Shown here piece after piece: positions 28,422 through 37,969 of a stretch of DNA of 64,000 nucleotides. The translations under genes were made by a program, and so were the position numbers. The first letter of the stretch is position 1. Each line of letters opens with the position of its first letter. Below the pieces are notes generated by a model. It was not told where the DNA came from. It ran no database searches and saw only the letters and a program-made list of their open reading frames with translations. The stretch is from contig CBDHDG010000007.1 in NCBI GenBank assembly GCA_965261595.1, positions 1,088,001 to 1,152,000 of the forward strand, written 5' to 3'. Origin of the DNA: a bacterium. GTDB lineage: Bacteria > UBA8248 > JACPRG01 > G963555815.

Positions 28422-30101
28422 ATGAACCATCGCCCTTCACTTCTCCGCCCGCGCGGACGGATTTTCCCGTTCACGCTTCTCCTCCTCGCCCTCGCCGCCG
28501 GGTGCGACAGCGGCGACCCGCCCAAATCCGGGGGGGCGGCCAGGAACGAGGTCGTCATCGGGATCGGCCAGGAGCCGGACAGCCTGGACCCGTTGTTCGG
28601 CGAGATGATGGCAGGCACGGAAATCCGCGGCGCCATCTTCCGCACGCTGGCCATGCGGGACAACACCCTCACGCTCCGCCCCGTCATGGCCGAGGAGATC
28701 CCCACGCTTGAGAACGGCGGCCTCCGGCTCCTGCCGGGCGGCGGAATGCGCACCACCTGGAAAATCCGCAAAGGCTACAAATGGGATGACGGCACGCCTG
28801 TCACGGCCGGGGATTTCATCTTCGCCCACCGGGTCATCATGACGAAGGGGATCCCCGTCATCACGCGGGACGTGGACCGGCGCATCGCGAAGATGGAGGC
28901 CCCGGACCCTTACACCCTCGTGGTGACCTGGAAGCAGCGATTCGCCCGGGCCAACGACAACGTCCACTTCCCGCTCCCCCGGCACATCCTCGAACCCGTC
29001 CTGAAAAAGGGGCCGAGGGCCTATCAGGAGAGCTTCTTCAACACGAAACCCGTCGGCAACGGACCCTACCGCCTGACCGTCTGGGAGCCGGGGAGCCTGC
29101 TCGCCCTGGAGCGGAACCCGCATTTTCCGGGCAAGCCCGGGGGCTTCGGGAAGATCATCTACAAGATCATTCCCAACACGGGGGCGCTGGAGGTGAATCT
29201 CGCGGCGGGCGGCGTCCAGGGCATCTCCCCTGTGGGCTTCACGTTCGACCAGGCCCTCGACATGGAGAAGCGCCGCGGCAAGGAGATCCGCACGTATTTC
29301 ACCCCGGCGATGATCTGGGAGCACATCGACTTCAACCATGACTCGCCCCTGCTGCGGGACAAGCGCGTCCGGCAGGCCCTGACCTACGCGATCAACCGGG
29401 AGGGGATCGTCCAGGCCCTGTTCGCGGGCAGGCAGAAAGTGGCCCATTCCTGGCTTCCGCCGCGGCACTACGGCTACAACCCGAACGTCAGGAAATATCC
29501 CTACGACCCCGAGCGGGCGAAAAAGCTCCTGGAGGAGGCCGGGTGGACGCCCGGTCCCAAGGGCGTCCGCGGGAACGCCGCCGGCCTCGAGATGCGCCTC
29601 GTCCTCATGACCACGTCGGGCAACAAGGTGCGCGAGAAGATTCAGCAGATCATCCGGGCCGACTGGCGGGCGGTGGGGGTGGAAGTCACCATCCGGAACC
29701 AGCCCGCGAAGGTCTATTTCGGGGAGACCGTCCGGTACCGGAAGTTCCCTCACCTCGCCATGTACGCCTGGCTGTTCAACCCCGCGACCGACGGCGAGGC
29801 CTATTGGACGAAGGGAAACATCCCCTCCAAGAAGAACAACTGGCAGGGCCAGAACAACCCCGGGTTCGTCAACGACGAGATCGACCGGATCGACCGGCTG
29901 ATCCCGACGGTGATCGACAAGAAGGAGCGCATCCGCCTCTTCCACCGGGAGCAGGAGATCTGGACGGAGGAGCTTCCCGCTCTCCCGCTCTATTTTCGCG
30001 TGGACGTGACGGCGACGAGGCCCGGCTTCCGGAACTGGAAACCCACCGGCACGGACACCCCCATCACCTGGAACGCCGAGGCCTGGGGATTCGTGAAGTG
30101 A
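28422..30101 (+). CDS. Peptide ABC substrate-binding lipoprotein (family 5), tandem paralog
   Basis: Lipobox AAGC; collinear with the preceding gene. Confidence 0.9.
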   Translation: MNHRPSLLRPRGRIFPFTLLLLALAAGCDSGDPPKSGGAARNEVVIGIGQEPDSLDPLFGEMMAGTEIRGAIFRTLAMRDNTLTLRPVMAEEIPTLENGGLRLLPGGGMRTTWKIRKGYKWDDGTPVTAGDFIFAHRVIMTKGIPVITRDVDRRIAKMEAPDPYTLVVTWKQRFARANDNVHFPLPRHILEPVLKKGPRAYQESFFNTKPVGNGPYRLTVWEPGSLLALERNPHFPGKPGGFGKIIYKIIPNTGALEVNLAAGGVQGISPVGFTFDQALDMEKRRGKEIRTYFTPAMIWEHIDFNHDSPLLRDKRVRQALTYAINREGIVQALFAGRQKVAHSWLPPRHYGYNPNVRKYPYDPERAKKLLEEAGWTPGPKGVRGNAAGLEMRLVLMTTSGNKVREKIQQIIRADWRAVGVEVTIRNQPAKVYFGETVRYRKFPHLAMYAWLFNPATDGEAYWTKGNIPSKKNNWQGQNNPGFVNDEIDRIDRLIPTVIDKKERIRLFHREQEIWTEELPALPLYFRVDVTATRPGFRNWKPTGTDTPITWNAEAWGFVK

Positions 30102-30103
30102 AA

Positions 30104-30200
30104 ACCCTGGGGGACATTTTGAAAACTGTCCCCCAGACCCCCTGGAAAACTTTCGTTTCGCGAAAAGGGGCGGCTCCCATAGGGAGCCGCCCCTTTTCGC
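30104..30200. repeat. One arm plus central palindrome of the REPIN-like family
   Basis: Matches the reverse complement of about 53625-53693; GCGAAAAGGGGCGGCTCCC/GGGAGCCGCCCCTTTTCGC stem; may also act as terminator. Confidence 0.8.
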
Positions 30201-30510
30201 AACTGAGAGTCTTTCACTCTCCGTCATTCTGAGCGATGGACATCGGCTCTGGCGAAGAATCTCCCGGACTCCATCCGCTCTTTGGACGGCTTTATTGCAA
30301 AACAGGACGCCACTGGCAGCTTGCCTGCCAGTGCCTCCGCTTTGGGATGAAGAAGAGGAGTTGGTCTCACGCGAGGTGCGCCGGTACAATCAGGTCTAAG
30401 GGTTCGGCAATGGCGCAGCCGTGGACGCCGCGTTTTTTACCCGAGTCTGCGACCCTTCGGGTCCTTCACCGTTTCCCGGATATGGTGTGGGCGCAAGAAA
30501 AGGGGATTTC

Positions 30511-31515
30511 ATGAAATTCGCCATCGCGCCGTATCAGTGGAACGGCCGCTTCGATTATTTTTTGGAAGACGCCCGGCTTGCCGAGAGCCTGGGATTCGAC
30601 GTCGTGCTCCTCGCCGAGCACCATTTCTGGGCCGACGCGACGGCGTGGGGCTCTCCCCTCATGGCCCTCGCCGGTCTTGCGCAACGGACGAAGACCATCC
30701 GGCTCGGAACGGGCGTTCTCCTCCTTCCCCTGTATCATCCGGTTCATGTGGCGGAGGACGCGGCCTTCCTGGACATGATGTCGGACGGGCGGCTCATCCT
30801 GGGTCTTGGGCTGGGATACGTACAGGAGGAATTCGACACGTTCGGGGTTTCCCTCAAGCAGCGCGCCTCGCGGCTCGAAGAAGGGGTCCGGCTCATCGAG
30901 CGGCTCTGGACGGAGGACGCGGTGTGTTTCGAGGGGCGGTGGAACCGGGTCGAGGGCGTGACGATCTTCCCGAAACCGGTCCAGCGGCCGAGACCGCCCA
31001 TCATCCTGGGGGGTTGGGCCGAAAAGGCGGTTGCCCGCGCGGAGGCCTTCGCGGACGGCTGGATGGCCGGTCCCTCAGGCCACATCGACCGGCTCAAGGC
31101 GTGTCGGGACGTGTTGCTGGAATCCTGGAAAGAGAATGGGAAGACGCCCGCCGAGCCGGAGATCTTCATTTTGCGGGAGGTCTACGTGGATGAGGACCCC
31201 CGCCGCGTGAAAGAGATCGGTCTGAAATTGATGTTGGAGGCGAACCACCAGACGTTCATCGTCCAGAAACACCTCCAGCGTCCCGAGCTGATGGCCCCCC
31301 GGACGAAGTCGGGGGAGATCGATATGGACCGCCTGCATGAGAACCGCTGGATCCTGGGCTCCCCCGAGGAGGTGGTTGAGGAAATCAAGCGATATCAGGA
31401 GGCGTTGAATCCGACGCTTCTCTCCTGCCGTCTGGTTTATCCGGGGATGGCCCGGGAAGACGCGCTTCGCTCGATTCGACTCTTCGGGGAGAAGGTGCTG
31501 CCGAAGTTCAAGTAA
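30511..31515 (+). CDS. LLM-class (luciferase-like) oxidoreductase, possibly F420-dependent
   Basis: AEHHF, IRLGTGVLLLPLYHP, GLGLGY and PKPVQRPRPPI. Confidence 0.9.
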   Translation: MKFAIAPYQWNGRFDYFLEDARLAESLGFDVVLLAEHHFWADATAWGSPLMALAGLAQRTKTIRLGTGVLLLPLYHPVHVAEDAAFLDMMSDGRLILGLGLGYVQEEFDTFGVSLKQRASRLEEGVRLIERLWTEDAVCFEGRWNRVEGVTIFPKPVQRPRPPIILGGWAEKAVARAEAFADGWMAGPSGHIDRLKACRDVLLESWKENGKTPAEPEIFILREVYVDEDPRRVKEIGLKLMLEANHQTFIVQKHLQRPELMAPRTKSGEIDMDRLHENRWILGSPEEVVEEIKRYQEALNPTLLSCRLVYPGMAREDALRSIRLFGEKVLPKFK

Positions 31516-31561
31516 TATCAAAGACGCTCCATCCAAAGGCGATCTTTATGGGAAATCACAG

Positions 31562-32503
31562 ATGCCCCCGGTAGCCATATGGATTGCGCTCTTGAGCTCC
31601 CTGCTCTATGCGCTGGCCTCCACGACGTTGCGAACCGCCATGCGGACCGCGACGCCGATGGCGAGCGCCCTTCTGATCGCCGTCATCCAGTGGGTTCTCT
31701 ACTCCATCCTGGTTTTGACAACGGGCAAGCTCTATGCCATCAACGCGCCGGGTCTGGCCTGGTTCCTCGTCGCGGGGTTGCTGGCGCCCGGCCTTTTCAC
31801 GGCCTTTTTCTATATCGGCGTAAAGCGGATCGGCGCGTCCCGCGCCTCCACGATCAAGTCCGCGGCGCCGGTGTACGCGGTCATCGGCGCCATTATCTTC
31901 CTGGGCGAGCGGCCCAGCGTTTTTCAATACTTCGGCATCGGCGCGGTGATCGCGGGTCTGCTGACGATTGCGTCCGAGGGCGATAACCGAACGCCGCCGA
32001 AGACAAATCCGCCTGACCCCGGCCAGGGCTCCGATGAAAGCCCCCGCGCCCCCGCCAAGGGTGGCCGGGGAAGAAAATTCGACCTCATTTTCCCGTTGCT
32101 CGCGGGGGTGTGCGCGGGCATCGCCGCCATTCTCTACAAGGTTGGCCTGGCCCGGCTCGACTCTCCCTTGTTGGGCGCCTGGATCGGTTCCACGATAGCC
32201 CTTCTGATTTTGCCCGGGATCGCGCTGCTTTTCCCGAAACCGGACCGATACCGGATCGGCCCGCCGCGGGCCTGGATGTGGGTCTCCCTGGGGGCGCTGG
32301 CCATCGCGGGGGCGATTTACTGTCGAATCCTGTCCGTCGGTCTGGGGGATGTCTCTATCGTCTTCACCCTGGTCCAGACCTCCCCGCTGTTTGTCATCCT
32401 CATTTCAGCCGTCTTCCTGCGGGAGCTGGAACGGGTGACCCGGCAGGTCGTTTTCGGGGCCGTCCTCACCGTCGCGGGCGCGATCGTCGTGAGCGTCTTT
32501 TAA
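31562..32503 (+). CDS. DMT/EamA-family transporter
   Basis: Two 5-TM halves; FLGER and FLRE motifs. Confidence 0.88.
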   Translation: MPPVAIWIALLSSLLYALASTTLRTAMRTATPMASALLIAVIQWVLYSILVLTTGKLYAINAPGLAWFLVAGLLAPGLFTAFFYIGVKRIGASRASTIKSAAPVYAVIGAIIFLGERPSVFQYFGIGAVIAGLLTIASEGDNRTPPKTNPPDPGQGSDESPRAPAKGGRGRKFDLIFPLLAGVCAGIAAILYKVGLARLDSPLLGAWIGSTIALLILPGIALLFPKPDRYRIGPPRAWMWVSLGALAIAGAIYCRILSVGLGDVSIVFTLVQTSPLFVILISAVFLRELERVTRQVVFGAVLTVAGAIVVSVF

Positions 32504-32633
32504 GGGTGCGGGCGGCTGCCTCGGGAGCGGAGCGTTGGAGGTTCGCCGTCTCCCTCCTTGACGGGATTTTCTTTTCAAACCTTCTTCGTGTTTCAGCGAA
32601 AACTCCGAGGATCGTCCTTTTGGGAAATCACAG

Positions 32634-33575
32634 ATGCCCCCGTTAGCTGTATGGGTTGCGCTCTTGGGCGCCCTGCTTTATGCGGTGTCCGACACCACGA
32701 TGCGAACCGCCTTGCGGACCGCGACGCCGATGGCGGGTTCTCTCATGATCGCGATCATCCAGTGGGTTCTCTACACCATTCTGGTTTTCACAACGGGCGC
32801 GCTCAGCTCCATCAACGCGGCGGGCCTGGCCTGGTTCGCCGTCGCGGGGATTCTGACCCCCGGCCTTTTCATGGCCTTTTTCTACATCGGCGTTCAGCGA
32901 ATCGGCGCCGCCCGCGCCGCCACGATCAAGTCGGCGGCGCCGGTGTACGCGGTCATCTGCGCGACCCTCTTCCTGGGCGAGCGGCCCAGCGTCCTTCAAT
33001 TCATCGGCATCGCCTCGGTGGTCGCGGGCGTGTTGACGATTGTGTCCCAGAGCGGAAGCGGAACGCGGCCGGAGGCGAATCCGGCGGGTACCGGCCCGCG
33101 CTCCGCTGAACGCCCCCGCACCCCCGTCAAGACAAGCCGGGGAAGAAAATTCGACCTCATTTTCCCGTTGCTTGCTGGGGTGTGCACCGGCCTCGCGGCC
33201 GTTCTCTACAAGTTTGGCTTCGCCCGGCTCGACTCTCCCTTGCTCGCCGCCTGGGTCGGGGCCACGGAAGCCCTTCTGATTTTGCCCCTGATCGCCCTGC
33301 TTTTCCCAAAACCGGACCGATACCGGATCGGCGCGCGTCGGGCCTGGCTGTGGGTCATCTTGGCCGGGCTGGCCACCGCCGGGGCGATTTATTGTCGAGT
33401 CCTGTCCATCGCCCTGGGGGATGTCTCTATCGTCTTCACCCTGATCCAGACCTCCCCGCTGTTTGTCGTCATCATTTCCGCCGTCTTCCTTCGGGAGTTG
33501 GAGCGGATAACCCGTCAGGTCGTTTTCGGGGCCGTCCTCACCGTCGCGGGCGGGATTGTCGTGAGCGTTTTTTAA
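32634..33575 (+). CDS. DMT/EamA-family transporter, tandem duplicate
   Basis: Same length (313 aa) and same GGGAAATCACAG leader as the preceding gene. Confidence 0.88.
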   Translation: MPPLAVWVALLGALLYAVSDTTMRTALRTATPMAGSLMIAIIQWVLYTILVFTTGALSSINAAGLAWFAVAGILTPGLFMAFFYIGVQRIGAARAATIKSAAPVYAVICATLFLGERPSVLQFIGIASVVAGVLTIVSQSGSGTRPEANPAGTGPRSAERPRTPVKTSRGRKFDLIFPLLAGVCTGLAAVLYKFGFARLDSPLLAAWVGATEALLILPLIALLFPKPDRYRIGARRAWLWVILAGLATAGAIYCRVLSIALGDVSIVFTLIQTSPLFVVIISAVFLRELERITRQVVFGAVLTVAGGIVVSVF

Positions 33576-33968
33576 GGGTGAGGCCGGACGATTGGAAGCT
33601 ATGTCCGATTGCCGGTCGGGGCCGGGCCGATGAAGACGTGCGCGGAAGACATCTATAGCGGCTCAGGGTCGTTGCTTTACATTGCACTACGTCGCAATCA
33701 GCCCATCTATTCGATTGAGCGTTTTGGTCTCCCGCACCTTTCGCTGGAGTGCAGAGTCAAGCAACGACCCCCTCTCTCCCCCCAGGTCGCTAGGATTCCA
33801 GCACTCATTGACAAAATGCGAGTTAAGACCAATTTTTTTCGAGAAGACTATCGCCAGTCGGAGGAGGAAAAGGAAATAGGAGAGAACTAAGACGTTAGGG
33901 TTTAAAAAAAGAGTCAATATTTTTGTTGCCAAATTCTTCCTTCCTTCGACCACTTGGAGTTGACCCAA

Positions 33969-34373
33969 TCACTCACGCAGCAATCCAGAAATTCGCTCAA
34001 TAACGGAATTCACATCCTCTTCAACCTCGTGCTCCCAAATTCTGAAAGGAACCCAACCAATTTCTTGTAATTGCTGCTTTACCTTTCGATCTCGCTCAAT
34101 ATTTCCTTGCAACTTCTTGTGCCAAAAGTCCTTATTTGTTTTGGGCTTTGTTGAATGTAGAGGACACCCATGCCAGAAACAACCATCAATAAACACCGCT
34201 ATTAGACCATTTAAAAAGACTAGATCCGGTTTTCCAGGAATATTGTATCCAAGGCGATAACGTAATCCTCTTGCCCAGAGAGCTTTTCGCACACGAACTT
34301 CAGTCCCGGTGTTCTTTCCTTTTATGCGTGACATGCAGTGACGTCGTTGCTCAGGAGTCATTACGTCCGCCAC
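33969..34373 (-). CDS. vsr: Very short patch repair endonuclease
   Basis: MSRIKGKNT, PGKPD, FIDGCFWHGC and IWEHE. Confidence 0.93.
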   Translation of the reverse strand: MADVMTPEQRRHCMSRIKGKNTGTEVRVRKALWARGLRYRLGYNIPGKPDLVFLNGLIAVFIDGCFWHGCPLHSTKPKTNKDFWHKKLQGNIERDRKVKQQLQEIGWVPFRIWEHEVEEDVNSVIERISGLLRE

Positions 34374-34410
34374 GGTATTGAATCCCCTAGTCCTAATTGG
34401 AATTAGACAT

Positions 34411-35537
34411 TTATTCTTCTTCCAGATCTTCAGGATTATCAAGCTGGATCACTTCCCCGAATTGGAGAATTGATGGAGAAACTGAAATTCCATCAGGAGT
34501 AACACCGCCAGGTAGATTTCCAAAGAGCTCCATTATAGGGATGACAAATATCCGAATGTTTCGACAGATCCGGAATTTCGCATCTCTTTCCGTAGCTTCA
34601 AATATTCGATACAGATCATATCTGCCAGTTGAGTCACCCATTTCCCGGAGCTCGCCCATTGATATGTGTATTACACGCTCAAATCCGCCCGCTGTTGATT
34701 TGACATCGATATCATTTGTTGGGATATCAGTTAATTCGACTTGAAAGTCGTATGGAGCAATTGCATTTTCAGCTGAAATCCAAGCAAAGTCAATTATTTC
34801 CTCTTGCTTTTTAAGCGACTTAGATAACCATTAACATATTCTCCTCCAAGCTGTCCTATGGCATCCGCATTCTCCCTAGCTTGTCGCAACTCCCCCCTAG
34901 ATAATGTCCTTCGGATTGTTCCAGATAGTAAGGTCTGCGTTCCTTGCAATCCTCCCAATGAAGCGTCCTCAAGGGCAGACTCTAAAAGCAATACGTTAAG
35001 AGGGTGCTCCTCGGGAAGGGTCGTACCTTCCACGATCCTGCTAAATTCCGATAATCCCAATGCGATCATGCTGTTGTTTCCTAACCTGTGTTCTAACACA
35101 GAGTGGGTAACAGAATCTTCGGTGATTCCTTTGGAAAGAAAAACAGCTGTCATCGCAAAAGGATACACATCCCCAGTAAAGTGGAATGCAACAATGTCAC
35201 CAGGGCCAAGCAAATTGAACCTTTCTGGATCGTCCGCTGGATTAAAAATGAATTCTCCATCCAATCTCCAATTCTTATATGCGCTAGTTGCCTTTATGAT
35301 CTTCCTCTGAAGATTGTACTTTCTTTTCAGGCCAGGGCCATAAATTGAAAGATCTATAGGAATTCTGCCTGAGCGCCCTTGAGATGTTAGAGGAAGCGAA
35401 GGATATAGTTCTCTAATGAAAATATCTGCGTTAAGATTTATTGCTTTTTGATTGCCCGCTGGTTTGTTTCGAAAATGCCATTCAAAGAATGTAAGGTCGG
35501 ACGCCGTAAGCCTTTTGACCGCGATTTTTCGAATCAT
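34411..35537 (-). pseudogene. Putative restriction endonuclease with DUF3883/NOV-C-like PD-(D/E)XK C-terminus, frameshifted near 34810
   Basis: Lies between the C5 methylase and vsr; the second frame continues ...APYDFQV...IDVKST...ISMGE; one A missing in an A5 run. Confidence 0.7.
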
Positions 35538-36248
35538 CTATTTCCCAACCATCTTTTCAATCATCGCTTGCCCAATTGCCTTTGCCAATAATGGAGGAAC
35601 AGCATTTCCAATTTTTCTAAAGGCTGGATTCATAGTTCCTGAAAAGAAAAAGCCGTCCGGAAAGGACTGGAGTCTGGCAGCTTCGCGGACTGAGATTGTA
35701 CGTGCTTGTGCGCTATCGTAATGGATATGTGAATAGCCATCTTTGCCAAGGTGTGCCATTAAGGTTCTTGCTGGCCGGTCTCCTTCCATCTTGCGCCATT
35801 TGTTTGGAAACTTATCCGGATCGTACGGTGGAACGAATTCTTTCTCTAGTTTCTTGAAGTCTGCAGTGTCATTCTTGACGATTGTTCCTTTTTTTGCAAG
35901 TTGATGTAATCTCTCACTCAGCATCTGAGAAGCCAGTTTATGAGCTTCTGGATACTGATCGCCTGAATTCATCCGCCGGAAGATCTTGTAATCTCTCGGC
36001 AAATATCTAATAACATGATCCATCAAAAATTCGTGGCTTTCAAAGTTGGGCCAAGACCGCATTTTAGTCGCATACGCGGAAGGCTTCACATTGGGTGCAT
36101 AGGCAACCTTTTCATTAAACCGTCTAGCTCCCCGTTTCAGTTTTCCTTCGGGGTGAAGCGTAATTGATGGAAGGTCTTGAAGCGCATCCTTTGCAGTGAG
36201 CGCAGGCGGCAACTCAGGACGAGCTTTGGGTGGGTCGCAATAAAACAT
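35538..36248 (-). pseudogene. C5 DNA cytosine methyltransferase, C-terminal half only
   Basis: Motifs IX and X (ISVREAARLQSFPD, IGNAVPP); 5' half is replaced by the IS at 36249. Confidence 0.9.
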
Positions 36249-37148
36249 GGTGATTGTAAAAGATATGACACCGGATTAGGCTGGTGTCGTGGACCTGAAG
36301 AGCTTTGAAGTCCTTGTAAAATCGGAAGCTACAGCGAGACGCCATCTGCTCATGGCGTGTCAGAAAAACGGGCGTAAAATCTGCCCTCGTTGTGAGGGTC
36401 GAAAACGCTACGTTTTGGGCACGCGGGGGCGCTTTCGCTGCGCTGGGTGTCGGTACACCTTCGGGCCGTTCACGGGCCGCTGGCTGGGCCAACTTCGCCT
36501 CTCGGCCCGGCAGTGGCTTTGGGTGGTGAAGCTCTTTGAGCTGGAGGTCTCGGCCCGCAAGATGGCCCAGCAACTCGCCGTGAGCTATCCGACAGCGCTG
36601 CGGGCCGTGACGACGCTCAGGCGCAGTCTTGTGGCCGGCACGCCGGGGGGACAGGAGCTTCTTCGAGGGGAGGTGGAGGCGGACGAGGCCTACTTCGGGG
36701 GCAAGCGCAAGGGCAAGAGAGGCCGAGGCGCAGCGGGTAAAGTCCCTGTTTTCGGCATATTGGAGCGGGGCGGCCGGGTGAAGGTGGAGGCGGTCGGCAA
36801 CGTCAAGGCCCAGACCCTTTTGGCCTCCACCGTGAAGTTGGTCCGTCGGGGCAGCGTGGTCTACACCGACCGCTACCGGGTCTATGACGCCCTGATGTTC
36901 TGCGGCTATCGCCACTTGCGGGTGGATCATGATCGGCGCTTCAGTCGGGGCAAAGTGCACATCAACGGCCTGGAAGGCTTTTGGGCCTACGCCAAGGAGA
37001 GGCTCATCAAACATCATGGGGTGTCCAAAGAGCGGTTCCCCCTCTACCTGAAGGAGATGGAATTCCGTTACAATCACCGACACCAGGATCTCTTTCCCCT
37101 GGTGGTCCAACATCTCACTCAATTAGTGTCAAAACCTTTATAATCCCC
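36249..37148 (+). mobile_element. IS1595-family insertion sequence
   Basis: 23-bp imperfect TIRs GGTGATTGTAAAAGATATGACAC / GTGTCAAAACCTTTATAATCCCC; no TSD. Confidence 0.88.
36289..37143 (+). CDS. IS1595-family transposase
   Basis: CPRC...CAGC, VEADEAYFGG, VYTD, HINGLEGFW and EMEFRYN. Confidence 0.92.
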   Translation: MDLKSFEVLVKSEATARRHLLMACQKNGRKICPRCEGRKRYVLGTRGRFRCAGCRYTFGPFTGRWLGQLRLSARQWLWVVKLFELEVSARKMAQQLAVSYPTALRAVTTLRRSLVAGTPGGQELLRGEVEADEAYFGGKRKGKRGRGAAGKVPVFGILERGGRVKVEAVGNVKAQTLLASTVKLVRRGSVVYTDRYRVYDALMFCGYRHLRVDHDRRFSRGKVHINGLEGFWAYAKERLIKHHGVSKERFPLYLKEMEFRYNHRHQDLFPLVVQHLTQLVSKPL

Positions 37149-37178
37149 AATACTTATGATCTATCTGGAAATCCGGGG
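37149..37178 (-). mobile_element. Orphan IS1380-like end
   Basis: Reverse complement resembles the IS1380 end at 7033-7062. Confidence 0.5.
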
Positions 37179-37274
37179 TAAAGCCATTAACCGGACACGA
37201 CATTGGCGCATCACGACGAGGCCAGTATGATAATATGAAGTGCTCCAATAATCCAAGCGGATTGAAGGAACCGA

Positions 37275-37964
37275 TTGAGGAAAAAAATCATAAAACCAGC
37301 GGATTACGCCAAGCACATCACCTCGCTCAACCGCGACCTTTACGACGAGCTGGGAATCGAGCAGGCCTTCATGGCCCTGTCGGGAATCACGGACCGGGAG
37401 AAGGTCATGCGGATGGTGATCACCCGGATGAAGCAGGGCCTTTGGAACGAGATCATGGTGGGCAAGGCCTGCGCCTCCTGGATCCCCAACGCCCCCCTGG
37501 CCATGCAGGTCCTCCTCGCCCGACAGGTGGACGAGGAATACCGGCATTACCGGTGGCTGAAAAAACGGCTGATCCAGCTCCACGAAGACCCTTTCGACTG
37601 GGACCCCCTCGATGTGCACCAGGAGATCCTCGACCTCTGCCTGGCCGCCGCGGAATGGGACATTTTCGAACAGATGATGCTCATGAACTATACGGTCGAA
37701 ACCATCATGGCTTACTGGGGGAACGAGCCCTTTATCAACGCCATCGAGCCCATCGACCCCTCCACGGCGGCGATTTACCGGAAGATCCAGAAGGACGAGA
37801 TCTTTCACCACAAGGTGGGCCGGCTCGCCATCGAACGCTACGCCACCGACGATGAGAAACAGGCCCGCGCCACGGCGGCGCGGGAAAAAATAATTCCCTA
37901 CATGCGCCGCATCGTGCCCGACTGGCGGGCGCGGGTCGAGGCGGCCGTCGCCTCGGCCTCCTGA
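37275..37964 (+). CDS. Ferritin-like diiron protein
   Basis: E...EYRH...E...DEIFH ligand pattern; helical. Confidence 0.75.
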   Translation: MRKKIIKPADYAKHITSLNRDLYDELGIEQAFMALSGITDREKVMRMVITRMKQGLWNEIMVGKACASWIPNAPLAMQVLLARQVDEEYRHYRWLKKRLIQLHEDPFDWDPLDVHQEILDLCLAAAEWDIFEQMMLMNYTVETIMAYWGNEPFINAIEPIDPSTAAIYRKIQKDEIFHHKVGRLAIERYATDDEKQARATAAREKIIPYMRRIVPDWRARVEAAVASAS

Positions 37965-37969
37965 CCCCC

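Noticed and set aside
33640..33730. Recombination-site-like sequence at the R-M island edge
   Set aside because: Single occurrence; no partner site or integrase in the window
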